Of a stretch of DNA of 64,000 bases, positions 1 to 13,368 are shown piece after piece (within the stretch, counting starts at the first letter, position 1; each line of letters opens with the position of its first letter). Position numbers and translations under genes: made by a program. Origin of the DNA: Lepidodermella squamata (taxonomy: Eukaryota > Animalia > Gastrotricha); NCBI GenBank assembly GCA_047495785.1, contig JBLDXI010000009.1:2666001-2730000 (forward strand). Reading direction: 5' to 3'. The notes beneath the pieces were generated by a model, which saw nothing but the letters and a program-made list of their open reading frames with translations, had not been told where the DNA came from and did no database searches.

Positions 1-1088
1 GGAGAAAAAATGAACTTGTACATTCATGGATAATTTCGAAGTGATTATTACATAATAAGCAGCTTTTCTCTTGAAATTTATGACGATTTCAACACCATGT
101 CTGCAGTCAGCTTTGCCCTCCTCGCATGTATCTGTATAACCATATGCCTCTAATACTTCCCATTGCTGATTCGGTTTGAGGCGGTCCAGGTTTACGGGAT
201 GCTCGGCCAATCTGATCGTTTGCTGATGAATAGGATATGTCCAGGATTCGAATCTCAAGAAGCAACTTTGATAGTCGAACCTGAATGAGCATTAAATATG
301 CATATTTAATCATTTTTAGCGCATTTTATTGGCTCACGGAAAGTAGGTCAAGTCCAACTCGCAGAAAGAATCGATCGTTGCCATTGGAATGTACTCCACA
401 TCTCCGTTACTTCGCACATTAGCCAAAATGCCCTCGGCCATCATCAACGAATACATATCTCCGCTGTTCACCAGCGCTACATCTGGAACCCAAATTTCCT
501 CGCGGGGAACTGCCAAGCTTTGAATTGAATTGATCTTTTCAGTTTCATTCCAGATAAGAAATTCGTCGTGCCAAGTCTTTAATAATATAGATTTTCAAAG
601 GTAAAAGCTCTGAATAGGAACTTACCACACTCAAAGCACAAGTGATCCTCATTTCGTGGCTCTTTTCGATCTATATGAAATTACCTTAGATTTTGCTAAA
701 TTCTAGCTAAATTCGAACTCACGATATCGTTGATGGTGTATATAAAAACGCCGATGGTCACGTGAACAGGCTCCTTGGCCTTTTTCCTAGGCCGGCGGGA
801 GGGCGAGTATTTCGCAAAGATAATCTCTTCGACTTCCCGCTCAGGTAAGCCTTCCTCCTCTTCTTCGCCCTCATGATGCGTCTCATTACCTGAATGAAGT
901 TCGTCCGAACTATGAGTTTCATTTCCAAGGTTTGCATCGACAGTTCCGTTGGCGGTTTCATTGAGTGAGTCTGTATGGAGCTTTGACGGCTCGTCTTCAG
1001 ACAAGATTGCATGATCTGATGGATGCGGAATCGAGCCGACCAGAATCAGGGCGCAAGATATTGTCAGGCAATAAAGGGCGAATTCCAT
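1..1088 (-). CDS. Cys-loop ligand-gated ion channel subunit G1 (class A); 3' part runs off the window edge
   Basis: Signal peptide, then YSPSRRP, WHDEFLIW, IWVPDVALVNSG, Cys-loop CELDLTYFPFDYQSC, loop B FESWTY, loop C TCEEGKADCRHGV, and KRKAAYY, joined by short GT-AG introns. Confidence 0.9.
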
Positions 1089-1499
1089 CGCAAAAATAGT
1101 TGTAAAAATATTTTGTAATGATTAATGCAAGGAACTACGCGATAATCCACTCGAAATAATAAAATTGTCGAAACATCCTACACCATCGGTGTTGCTTGGA
1201 GACCGGGATACCGCAGCATATCCTCGAGATGATTTTTCAAGAAGAATGTTACAGTTAGTGCGGTGATAGTATTTCTCGTGGATCGATTATGTTTTGAATG
1301 ATTAATCGCTGAATGTATGAGCGGATCTCTCACTTTCCCGCTGCTTAGAGACCTAGTTTTACACTAAGAAAGGAGCTCATCAAAGTTTAATCCGGAAGCT
1401 TTTGTCTAAAATTGCTACTTGAGCGGCGACTCCTCCATATTCCCATGTAGTTTTATTTCGGCTAAAATTCGTAATCAGACTTGTAATTACATGACACTC

Positions 1500-3260
1500 T
1501 TAAGCTCCTCGACGCCAGTTCGGCTTTGGAGGCCCAGGCGGTGTCAAAGGAAGCAAGTAACAAAACACAAGAGCTAATAGAATCGAGCAGGTTATGTAGG
1601 TCATATCGAAAAAGTAGTCAATGACAGCCTGGAAAATCGTCCAGTGGTGGTGGCAAGGTTTCTTATGGTCGCACCTTCGGTCGACGGGAAACTCCTGACG
1701 CATCATTTTCAAGATCTTCTCAGCAACAGGTCCATGCATCAGAGGATAGAGCGACTTGAAGAATTTCTAATGAAAAGTAATTCAAATGTGAAACGTCGAC
1801 CTTATGTTCAGTCGAACTTGCCTGTTTCCTGTGAGCCATATCGGTAACGTAGACACAAGTTGCTTGTCCAAATATAGTGAAAACAATCAGCGTCTGATTT
1901 TAAGGATATATATTAATTAACAAAAGGGGCCGAAAATCAAACCATGTTCACGTTCAGGTAAATTTTGAAGAGCCTGGGGGAAACAATTTTTATGTGAAAT
2001 TCAACCTTAATAAGAAAATAGTCTCACGGCATATTGTCGGAACTCGGAGGCATGACAGCTTGGACAACATCCTGAATATACACAGTAATTCTCACTATAT
2101 CGATTCAAAAATCTCTTTCCTTACCTGGAACACTTGCAAGGCGAGGAAATTAGTCAGGGAAATGTCGATTTTAACGCCGTCGTGGGACTAGACAGATAGA
2201 CGCAGGATTACAAGAGATTTTAGAGGTAAAGGAACTTACCGGAAGAGGCAGAACTGTGAGTTCCAGCAGACTTATGACTAGGCAAGGAATAATAATGCTC
2301 AGAACGTAGTAAGAAGATTTTCTTTTGATTGATATAGTGAATTCGACCTAAATTGAAACATGTCAAGCGAAGGATTTACTTAATTTAGATCATCTCACGG
2401 CAGGGTAACACTGATCTTCTGTAGCTTCATAGCAGTCCATAAAGGTTGAGGCAGAGGTGTTTATCAAAGTCCACTGTTCGTTTCCTTTATAGTGAAGTGT
2501 TGAGAATTCGCCCGCAGTGAAAGTTTCCAAAGCTGCTCCATATTGCCAGCTTTGAGAAACAGAAAAATCAGTCTGCATTAGTTGAAATATAATTCCCATA
2601 CGTTTCGAAAATGAAGCTACAGTGTTGCACATCGTACGGGAACATTCTGTAAAGATATGTGGGATGAAAGCTGAATATAAGTGAATATCCATTTACTAAC
2701 GTTAGATCGTAGTCGCAGATCGAGGCAACTTGCTGCATCGGCCTGAATCTCACTATGCCGTCCTTGGAGACTTTCAGGAACTGCTTCCCCGCCCTGGTAA
2801 ATGCGTAGAAGTTGCCGCTACTGAAAGCCAAAAACAGCTGATCATATATTGTAAAAAATGCGCTATGATTACTTGACCAATGCTACATCCGGTATCCAGA
2901 CCTCATCACTAGTCATTGTCAAGTGTTCTGTCTCATTGAACTCAGTGTAATTCGACCATTGAAGGAAATCGTCGACCCATTCCATGTCTAATGTTGCGGT
3001 TACTACAAGCCTCCTGTATTTTTCAACCTTCGTGAAAAGAAAAATGATTCATATATTTTGGAAACAATTTGATAGCCTACCACATCATTGATTTCATGCA
3101 GCTCGATGCTTAATTTAACGTCCAAAGGCAAAGATCCATCCATTCGAGGTCTTCTTTTCGGAAGATAACCGTTGAGAATAACTCGTTCGATGTCAGCTTC
3201 AGAGTGACACAAACTTTCTCCAACAAACATTAAAAGCAACAAAACAAATAAGGTAATCAT
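1500..3260 (-). CDS. Cys-loop LGIC subunit G2 (class B)
   Basis: Multi-exon: YLPKRRP, WIPDVALVN, Cys-loop CDYDL..FPYDVQHC, SWQY, loop C DCYEATEDQCYPA, M2 KIDISLTNFLALQVFQD, pre-M4 CDHKKPCHHHW, ends WRRGA*. Includes one GC-AG intron. Confidence 0.9.
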
Positions 3261-3298
3261 TTTCTAAAATCGAAAAAAAGTTAGTCAACTAAATTTAT
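3261..3298 (-). promoter_or_regulatory. Putative intercistronic region: poly(A) signal plus unpaired 3' splice acceptor
   Basis: Minus strand reads TGA(ATAAA)tttagttgaCTAACtttttttcgattttTAGaaaATG. AATAAA overlaps the G3 stop, followed by a branch point, poly-Y tract and AG 3 nt before the G2 ATG. Confidence 0.55.
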
Positions 3299-5154
3299 TC
3301 AATTCGATCCATATTTTGCTATCCAATCGAAAGCAGGTGGCCTTAGCACCCGACCGGGTGTTCTCGGGGGTAAAATTACGAAAAATATAACCGGCGCTAC
3401 AGCAATGCAAACAGCGTAGAGTATAAAACCAGAGTGGTGATAGAATCTCCCCAATCGTGACCACAAAGCTCGGCGCCTTTTGATTTTCGGACTTTCTTGT
3501 TTCGGAGGCTTCTCGTCATAGAAAGGCCTATCTCGCAAAATGTTCATGCGGATGACTGAATTGTAGTTCGTCTCATCGAAATTGCCGTAGTTCTCATTCA
3601 TGTAATCGGCCAGGTTTGTTTCGTAGGGCTGATGCTCGAATCGAAGACGACCTGCGGCTCCAGCTTTCATCGCTCTCCAAATTGAGCCGAAAAACCACCG
3701 CATCCCGTCCAATACAGCCAGAGGTATCCAGAGAACGCGGTAGGTGAAACACGTCTGACTCGGCGGCCTCATTTTTAAACTCATTTCGTGGCAATACATT
3801 TCGAGGCCTTGACTTAGAATCGATTGGCTTATGAAAAGCATGTTCAGGTCGAGGTAAATGCTCAGTAGAGGGACGTGTTCCGAGGAAACCGGCAAGCTCT
3901 GACTTACGCTTGTCTAAAACTCAAGAATATACTTGGACTTGAGCTCACATATAGACAACTTACCAGAAAAAATGTATAGGCTGCTAACGAAGAATAAGAA
4001 ATTTCCATTTTGCCGACATCAGCCAGCTGAAAACGGGATTGCCATAGCAAGAATGATTGATTGAATCAAACTCAACTTACGGGTACAATGAAAGTCGCCA
4101 ACTGGATGACACTCAACAGAATTGAGGGGATGCAAATCGACACAAAGTGATACAAGCTTTTCCGAGACAGAAGGATTGTGTGCTTAATCTGGCAGAAAAA
4201 ATCACTTTTCGGAATATTCGTACAAATGAATTTGCGTACCGCAGAGTACTCGCGAGTGATCGAAGAATCAAAGATGTCAATTATCGATTCGTTGAAGACC
4301 TCAGTATGAGTTCTTATTATGTACCATTCAAAACTCTCTTCCAACCGGAGAAAATTGAGTGCTAACTCATGTGGATAAACATGGACCTGATCACTAGTGT
4401 AACCAGTCATTTGGAATGCGATAGAGCAGTTTTGCTCGTCAAACGGGTAATACGTTCCGTCAATGTCGCAAAACAATGAAACTGTCGACTCTGGATAGAA
4501 AACTATGTTCCCATCGCGGCCGACCGATATCATGAAGCCGTTAGGGTATATAAAAGCTGATTTCTCAGCACTGCGTGAAAGCATTATCACAGTTCAGATC
4601 GCGCATCAGCCTTAATGAACTTACGAATTAACAATCAGGAAGTTCGGTGTCCAAATCTCATCAGGAAAAACAGTTAATGTTTCGACGACATGATATGGGC
4701 ATATCCCCTCCCACTGTAGAAATTCGTCTTGCCAATAAATCGATGGAGACGCGATCGCGACCATCAAGCCATCAGCAGACTTTAAGGAAGTTGTCAGGTT
4801 TCAGAAAAATAATATAAGAAAGAGGCAAACCAGCTCTTCAATGGAGTAGAAGCTGAACTGGAATTTAATGTTCAAAGTTGAGCTGGCATCTTTCACAGGT
4901 CTTCGATATTTTGAGTAGTTGGCGAAAACGAGGTTTGTAACCTGAGTTTCCGATGCTGGTAATTTTCAAAGAGATTTAATCACTCATAAAATTAGCAATG
5001 AACACAAACCAATATCTGTGCAGTTGATTTCAGGTTCTTCAGGTTCCGGTTTCACTTCCGTGACAGGTGTGGTAGTTTCCGATTCCGCCCAAGAATCCCT
5101 GCTAAGGAAAATAGCAGCGAAAGATAGGCACAGCAACAAATGCTTCGCTGGCAT
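3299..5154 (-). CDS. Cys-loop LGIC subunit G3 (class C)
   Basis: MPAKHLLLCL signal peptide, NYSKYRRP, Cys-loop CDIDGTYYPFDEQNC, no loop B Trp, no loop C Cys, M2 KMEISYSSLAAYTFFL, tail VLRPPAF. Confidence 0.9.
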
Positions 5155-6989
5155 CTATAAAGCCAGGTTATTCTACATTTCTGCTCGAGACATCAATTTG
5201 GCAGAATTTATATAGCTTACAAAATGTCTCCTAGAGTAAGGTAAATATTATAAAGTGTAACGAATGCCTGGCATAGTGAGTTATTGCCTCTGGGCATAAT
5301 TAAGTGTCGACTCGGTAAAGTTCGCGATAAATCGACGAAAATGGATTCGGCGTGTGAATTGCGTGATTGTTTTCAGGAAAAAAATATGTTTCGCCTACAA
5401 GTCTCTCCCTCAGCCCTTTACTTTTTTCATCAAGTTGGCTCATCTCTCCTGGGGCACACACAAATAACTGCTGAATACCTAATTGCGGCGCTGGCTGCGG
5501 CAATCGAGGTCGCTAATTTCGGAAAATGGACCATATAAGCTAAGAATCGCTACTGGAACGGACAGTTTTTAAAGGGCTACGTCTATTTTAGCGAATATCG
5601 GGATGTCTGTAGTCGGCCTATATGAGAGTAGGTGTTTTCTGGATAACAGCCTACTCATTTTGGCCCATTATGGCTCGATATCTGCGATTGAAGCTTTCAT
5701 GAATTCCTCAAACCTCAGCGATCAATAATCGCTAGCTTCTAGGATATGTTTGCTCAACCGGGCACTTGAATCATGTGACGCGATAACAAACATTCATCAA
5801 ATTGTCTACTGATCTCAAAATTTGCACCAAACACGTGCATGAAGCAGCGAGCAAATTATGACTGTTTTTAGGCTGGAAGTGTTAGGAGAAAGTGGGACAT
5901 CTGAGTTCGAACATATGGCACTTGCGGCTTAATTTTGCTCAGTTATTTCCGATTTCTCAATACATGTAATTAGAATATTGAAGCGTGTTCGATATCAGGA
6001 TCATTATCCTCATCCTCATTTTCTGAGTTTTGACCTCAACATCTCCCACTTCATGGACATTTAATCTGAATCATTGGAATTTGAGTGTGAAGGTCTTCCT
6101 TTTGTCCCGTAATTCGGGATGACTGTGTCAGGGTTACCTTAGACACTTCTTAAAATTCCAAAACTTTCAAAAAATGCGCCAAATTCGTGCAAAGGTGAGA
6201 AATCGAAACTTGTTGATGTTCCACTTGCCAATTTTCAAGTCAAATTCCCACACTCACAGTGGCGTACAAATTCTTTTTTCGTGACTTTCTGGTAGCAATA
6301 GCATTGCAAACCATCCTTTCGGTAATTGAAGGCTTTCAGAAAGCTCAGCAAGTCGAGGAAATATAGAATATGATTTCACTAAAATGCGAAACGGTTAAGC
6401 TGGGTTAATCACACGGTCTCAAAAAGATTGTGAATCAATTATCTATCGAATGAGCTATGCATGCTCATGGTCGTCGCATGCATAGTTACTGCCGTGGACC
6501 CCTTGCAAACATATATGCAACACCCTGTATATTGTTTTTGGAACGCAATTTATTATGAAAGAAAGTGGAGAAATATAATTTTGAAAATAAATTCAGACAG
6601 ACAGCTTTCATTCTGGGAACAAAAATCGGCTGTAGGAACCTGAATTTCTGCGAAATTTGACAGAATTTTGTCCCCATTTGCAGCGTTTCGCGAGTCTCGG
6701 ATCGCGCAGTAGATCCTCGAACAGATTCGGTCGGCAAGTCGCCACCTAAGATATCAAGAACAGAAAGCACCGGAAACACTGCGCATGAAATCCAGGTAAT
6801 CGGACAGCATTTTGACCTCCGGGACATTGATCTTAGAATTTGACCCTCTTTCAGATTTCAGAAAATTCAATATGGGGTCAAATTTTCGGACTGACACGTC
6901 TACAAATGCTCTCCGCTTTCGGACAGGCTCGTCCGAAAAAGCCCTTAAGATTTTAAACTATTGCACGTTTCGTATCTTTGTTTGTCCAC

Positions 6990-9170
6990 CCCCAAGCTCT
7001 CTAAAGTCTAAAGGTCACTTGGCCTTGTTATATCTTTGAAAAAATACAGCCGACTTCACATTCACATTTTCACTCTGTAATAATAATACAAGAATGATCG
7101 GAGCAATTGTTGCTATTGTTGCGGCAAGTTTTGCCAGTTTTTTCTTATATCGCAAGTTTTACGCTCATCGATTCTTCAAATCATTGAGCATCCCCGGACC
7201 TGAACCGCACTGGCTTTTTGGAAACGCGCGCGAGCTATGGGGAAGTGAATCACGTCATTTGTTAATGCAGTCGTGGAGTAAGAAATACGGCCCGTTTTAT
7301 GGCTATTACATCGGTGCATCGCCTGTTCTTGTCGCAAGCAGTGCTGAAGGCGTGGAGCAGATCTGTGTCAAACAGTATGCTACTTTCCAAGGTCACAGAA
7401 TTTCACCAGTTCAGGTGAAAATAACAAAAATTAAAAAAAAAACAATTGGTTGTAATTTTCATTCAACTTTTCAGCCCTACCCGCCAGAGGATATGGATCG
7501 CAAGGTGTTCGCGCCTAATCTATTCTTTGCATGGGGCCAGCATTGGAAGCGGTTGAGGACCATTGTGAACCCTGTCTTTACGACAGGCAAATTGAAGAGT
7601 TACATGCCAGTGCTAGGGAAAAGCCAAAACGCCCTGTTGGAGGTGCTAGAGGAGAAGTGCAAAGCAGGCGATACTGTAAATATCCAAGATATCTTTAAAC
7701 ATTTGACAATGGTAGGGGATTCATTGCCTCGTGTTTTTGTAATACCAGTTTTTTTCAGGACGCAATTTCCGAAGTAGCATTTGGTGTTGAAGTGAACAGC
7801 CTGAAGACCAAAGATGAGGACAACGAGTTACTGCGGACCATCAGAAGCGTCAGCCAAGATTCCTTTGGTACCCCACTTATCATGAGAGTCGTAGACGTTT
7901 TTTCGGAAATTCGTCATTATTTCTCCAGGTTCGTGAAATCCTTACTGGAGGCGACGGAGATCGGCATGGGGCCTGTAGTAAGAATTAACAGCATGACTCA
8001 ATCTGTCATCAAGCAGAGAACGAGTAACCCGACTGTTAATCGTAGCGACCTGCTCCAATCTCTGATCGACGCATCCGAGTTGAACCCGGCCAATCAGAAT
8101 AGCGAAAGGCTGACTGAGAGTGAAGTCGCCTCCCAAAGTGCTGTCTTTTTTACTGCAGGGACCGGAACAACATCAACGGCTCTTGCCTTCATCTCCTACT
8201 TACTGTCGAAACATCAAGACGAACAGCAGAAAGTTTACGACGAAATCAACCGGGCAGTCGGGAAGAAGGAAGTGTTGGACTACGACGATGTGATGAGCCT
8301 TCCTTACTTGGAATGCGTTTGCAACGAAGCTCTGCGAATGTATCCCCTTGCTATTGGTGTTATGAATCGAAACGTTATGGAAGATACTCAGGTTTGCAGC
8401 GTCCCTGTGCCGAAGGGCACGTATCTTGTTCAAATGGACATGTATGCCTTGCATCACAATCCCGAGTATTGGGGCCCTGTTCCGCCATCAGAGTTCCACC
8501 CCGCGAGATTCAGCAAAGAATATGTTGAGAAGAATCCAAGGCCTAACGCAGCTTTCGTGCCGTTTGGCTATGGCCCTCGCATCTGTGTCGGAATGAGACT
8601 GGCCCAGGTGGAAATGAAGCTTACGCTGGCTAACGTCCTACGCCGTTACAAAATTGTTCCGAGCGAGTTTGCGGAATACAAACAAGGACTTCCCTTAAGA
8701 AGCAACGTTGGCATTGTCCCAGCAAATGGCGTCCTCGTCAAACTTATCCGTCGAGGATAGAAATAATTTAGAACATGGACGATAGAAAGAAGGAATGACC
8801 TATTATAAACTGTGAACTGAATTTGATTCCAATGTAGATTCTTCCTCTTTTTTCTTCAATTCACTGATTGTGGCGCTTATCAATGTTATGAAAATTAAAG
8901 ACAGAGCTGTGTTTTTTATTGAGGCTTTTGCAGACAAAAGGAAAATTGTCTGGACAGAATTTGGACCTTGTACTGAATAGATTAAAAACCTCATGGCTTT
9001 ATTGAGTACTGCCACAATTCATTGATAATACTACAGCGAACGCTTTTTGTAGAGCACACAATAATGTTTCCAGGGCCGGAAATAGCGATAAACTATCCTC
9101 GCAAGTAAAAAAAACAGTTTCAGTGCGACAAAGCTGCTGTCCTGCCTGGTTCCCGGTTTTGTGGTATACA
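6990..9170. repeat. Inverted segmental duplicate of about 48970-51150 (CYP gene, flanks, and the promoter of the next CYP)
   Basis: Coding sequence is near-identical to 49385-51050 in reverse complement. Non-coding flanks also match, e.g. aaagacag.gctgtgtt...ggcttttgcagacaa and cagtgcg.caaag.tg.tgtcctg. Boundaries are approximate. Confidence 0.85.
7094..8760 (+). CDS. Cytochrome P450 (CYP3-clan-like), 3 exons (7094-7414, 7475-7711, 7759-8760), about 519 aa
   Basis: N-terminal TM helix and IPGPEP hinge, WKRLR, I-helix AGTGTTST, EALR, PARF, heme motif FGYGPRICVG. Confidence 0.95.
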
Positions 9171-9613
9171 GGGTCGGACCTTAACTAATTTACAAGAAAA
9201 AAAACCAATCGGACGAGGTTACCACTTTGGTGACGTGTCAACTTGAGGTTCGGTTTTCGCTAAAAACGAATTATATTCGATCAAACAAGCTTCTCTAACC
9301 CTGGTCGGATTTTCTATTTCTTGGTATCATTAGATAGTTCAAGCGAAGCTCTACATGATAACCAATCCCAGTATTTGCTCAACCTGCTGAATTGCAGCTT
9401 GAAACTCACAAACGTGATAAAAATATTATAAAATGACCAGTTTTTAACCACACGGATGATATTTCATCAATTTCGGCTGGTTCCGCCTCGATTTCACTCG
9501 TTTCTTTTGTTTTACTCGATCTATATGTCGTGCTTCACTCAATTATCGATTTCTAAACGTCTTTTATTAATTGATCTGGAAGCTGGAGAAACGAAGCGGA
9601 ATCCGATCACCGA

Positions 9614-11394
9614 TCACACGCCTTTACGCCATTCTGTGTGCAATTCTTTTCTTGTAACAGGTAAAATGGCGAAAAAAGTAACGCAGGTCACGATGACAGC
9701 CACCACGTAGAAAATCAAAGTGATTCTATCAATAAAATCGGCTATGACTGCCCATCGATGGTGGCAGGCAGTGTTGCCAGAACATGCGGTGCCACTCGCA
9801 TCATCTTGCAGGAAATTAGTGGATCGACTGTCGATTTCGACGCATTCGTCTTCAACTGCCGTCTCGCCGACGCAAGAAATAGCAACATTATACGTTGATA
9901 TGGAAAGCCGTCCAGTCGGAAATTTCTGAAAGATAAGAGATGAGAATCAAAAAGTTAATCAAACTTTCCGAAGCTTACAACTCTGTTGCTTGACATGTTA
10001 TGCAAGTCTTGAGCGACGCCCTGAGAAAAAATTGCGACAGCTATGTAACTCATCTGGAGGTCCAGGTAAATGGTAAGGTATGGCAGGTGCTGTGATGAGT
10101 GGGGCATCAATTGGCTGAGATGGTCCTGGAACAATTGGAAAGCGACCAAAAGTGTGAGCGAAATTTCGAATCTGATGCCGTCTTCATACTGCGAAAATGA
10201 CAAATTTACCACCAATTAGCAAAATTCATGATTTTACCGGTAGCGTAAACGTGGTGATTTCGAGAACAGCGATGATGAGCGAGGGAACAAGTATTGAAAC
10301 AACGTAGTAAGAAGCTTTGCGGCGCAAAGTCATCTCGAAAGTTACCTTAGAAAAGAAAAATTGGAAAAAAATTCTGAAAGACTTTGTATTTTCATACCGC
10401 TGGGTAGCAGTAATCGGGCGATTCGTCATAGCAGTCCACAAATTGATCAATGGTCGTATTTATGAGAGACCACTGCTCACTGATTCGAAAGCCGGCAGTC
10501 GAGAAATTTCCTGGAATGAAAGTTTCCAGCAGCTTGCCGTATTGCCAGCTGTTCAAAAGAAGATGCTTATCAAATTGCAAATGGAATTTTTTACTTTCGA
10601 ACCTCTCAAATATCAGACCGCATCGCTGCATAAATGTTTATAAAATATTATTCATTCATTCATTAATACATACGTGCTCATCAAATGGAAAAAACCTGTG
10701 GGAATTAAGTTGGCAAAAATCACAAATCAAAATTATAAATATGAAAATTACCTGAGGTCAAACGCGCACAGGAAGGCGACCTGTCTCAATGGGGTGAAAC
10801 GAACCACGCCCGAACTGGACACCCTGACCAGTATTCTACGCGACCTTGTGAATTCGTACATATTCCCGCTGCTGCATAACCGCAGAAAGCTTACAAATGC
10901 CTTACAATGACAGCAAAGTTCTACTTTATGAGTGCAACATCTGGAAGCCAAATTTCGTCACTGTTGAAAACTAAGGAACGAGTTTCGTTGTACCCAGCGC
11001 TGTCATTCCATCGCAAGAAATCGTCGGTCCATGACATTTCTAAACGGCCGGTAATAATCACCTTGCGATTTTTTTCAACCTAGGGAAAACAGGCTTGATT
11101 TCCATTGCGGTGAATGGATTTATTAGAGTTAGGAATTACCACGTCATTTATGGCGTGAAGCACCAATCCCAGCTCAACTTCAACGGGTTGTCTAGCATCG
11201 CGACGGGGCCTCCGCTTTGGCATGTAGCCATCCATGAGCCAGGATGTCAGTTCCGTCTCAGAAAAGCCCTCAGTTTGCTCGGAATTGCTATCTGTCCCTG
11301 GTTTCACATCCGTTGGTTCGCAGTCAAACTTTGGGCAGGCGTAAATAAAAGGAACAATGAGGGCGAGACAGCCATGAAGGTTTAAATTCAGCAT
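9614..11394 (-). CDS. Cys-loop LGIC subunit G4 (class B)
   Basis: YMPKRRP, CAFDL..FPFDEH..C, SWQY, loop C DCYDESPDYCYPA, M2 RFEISLTLLVAFQLFQDH, CSGNTACHHRW, ends WRKGV*. Confidence 0.9.
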
Positions 11395-11510
11395 TTTACG
11401 AATTGTTTATTGGCAATTTAACAAAGCGAGTCCGATGAAACCCCACACTACGGTCGCCAAGCTACTAATATATGCGCTATTTTTAGCTTTTAAAATCGAT
11501 AGTCACACTT

Positions 11511-13225
11511 TCAAACACCCTTTCGCCACTCTTCGTGGTGTTCTTTTTTGGCGACAGGGAGAATGGCGAAAAACGTTACAGTTGTTATTGTCACGATGAC
11601 AGTGTAGAAAATCGATGTTGATCGATCGACGAGTTGTGCGACGGTCTCCCATCGATGGTGGCATTTAGGATGCCCCGAGCATGCTTTGCCCCGCCTCAGA
11701 GTTTCAATGAGCCGACGCGCTTGACTTGACTTGCGACGCACCAATTCAACCTTCGTTTTGATGCACTCGTCATGCTTAGCCGATGTTTTCGCGCCGCAGC
11801 ATACCGCAAGCATGTACATTGCACCAAAGAACGAGCTCACAGGATATGGCTGAAAAAGTCTGGAAATCCTTATCGATTAAAATGTGAGAAAATGCCTACA
11901 ATTCTGTTTTCTGATCTGTGCATTATCGCTTGGACCATGCCTTGGGTGAATATAGCGACTGAAATGTAAGCCATTTGCAGGTCAAGGTAAACGGCTAGAT
12001 AAGGCAGATGCTGAGAGAAGTGAGGCATTATCAAGCTGAGGTGATCTTGGAAAAGCTGGAATGCGACCAAAAGTGTGAGTGAAATTTCAAATCTGATGCT
12101 GTCATCGGGCTAAATTCGATCGGTAACCTTTAAAATGACCGTGAAATATCGATTAAAAACTCACTGGCAGTGAAAATGTTGTGATCTCCAAAACAGCAAT
12201 GACGAGAGATGGGATTAAAATTGCAATAACGTAATAAGCAGATTTCCGGCGAAGTGTCATCTCGAAGGATACCTAATAGAAATATTTTCAAAATCAAAAT
12301 CTAGCAGTATAAGAAAGTACCGCGGGGTAACAGAGATTCGGAGTGTTATCATAGCAATCCATAAAGGTTGTTGTTGCAATATCGATTAGAGACCACTGCT
12401 CGTCGATTTTGAACTTGTCAACGGAGAATTTTCCCGGGGTAAAAATCTCCAGAAGCTGCCCATACTGCCAACTTTTAAAATTGATTGAAATACACCGGAG
12501 TTATGATGAATGACTTACCTCTCAAAAATTGCACTGCACAACTGTCGAAAAAGAGATAATTAAAGGTGGAATAATTGCTGTGACAAAATTAACATGCTCG
12601 TCAAACGGAAAGAATCTCAAGTCGAATGCGCATGAGAATGAGACCTGTCTCGATGGGTTATAGTTGACTACTCCATTACTCGAAACCTTAACCAGCATTT
12701 TTCGGGAGCGAGTGAATTCGTAGAGACTTCCACTGCTAAAAGACAGCAAACTTGAAGTAACAGAGCGTAGCTAAAGGTTGAAATACTTTATCAGTGCTAC
12801 ATCAGGTATCCATATTTCGCTATTAGTGAAAACTAGGCTCTTGGTATCGTTGTAACCAAGCACTTGATCCCATTGCAAAAATTCATCGACCCAGGTTATA
12901 TCTAAACGACCAGTCACGACAACCTTCCGATTTCTCTCTATCTAAAACACAAATTGAGCCTGAGGGATGTTTCCCGAATCTTTCGTTTTACCACATCATT
13001 TATTGTGAACAGCTGAAAGCCAAGAGTCACGTCGACGGGTTTCAGAGCATTTCGGCGAGGTCTGCGCTTCGGCATGTAGTCTGTCAACAGCCATCTTGCC
13101 AGTTCAGTTTCAGAGTGATTTAGTGCAATCACCGAGTTTGATTGGGTTTGAGGATCGCATTCTTTACTCGGCTCTACTACCAGAAAATTGAACAAAAAAG
13201 ACAGGAAGCTTAGGGTGGTTAACAT
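11511..13225 (-). CDS. Cys-loop LGIC subunit G5 (class B)
   Basis: YMPKRRP, CAFDLRFFPFDEH, loop C DCYDNTPNLCYPA, M2 identical to G4, CSGHPKCHHRW, ends WRKGV*. Confidence 0.9.
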
Positions 13226-13368
13226 TTGTCATCAGTCAGTATTCAGAAATCGTAAAAGCTGAAGCTTAAGATCGATAATCATCATCACCAGGCAACTAAA
13301 AGGCTTTGTAGAAGACGCCGTTGAAACACATTTTAACCTTTTATTGTCACATACTTAACCACGTAAAT

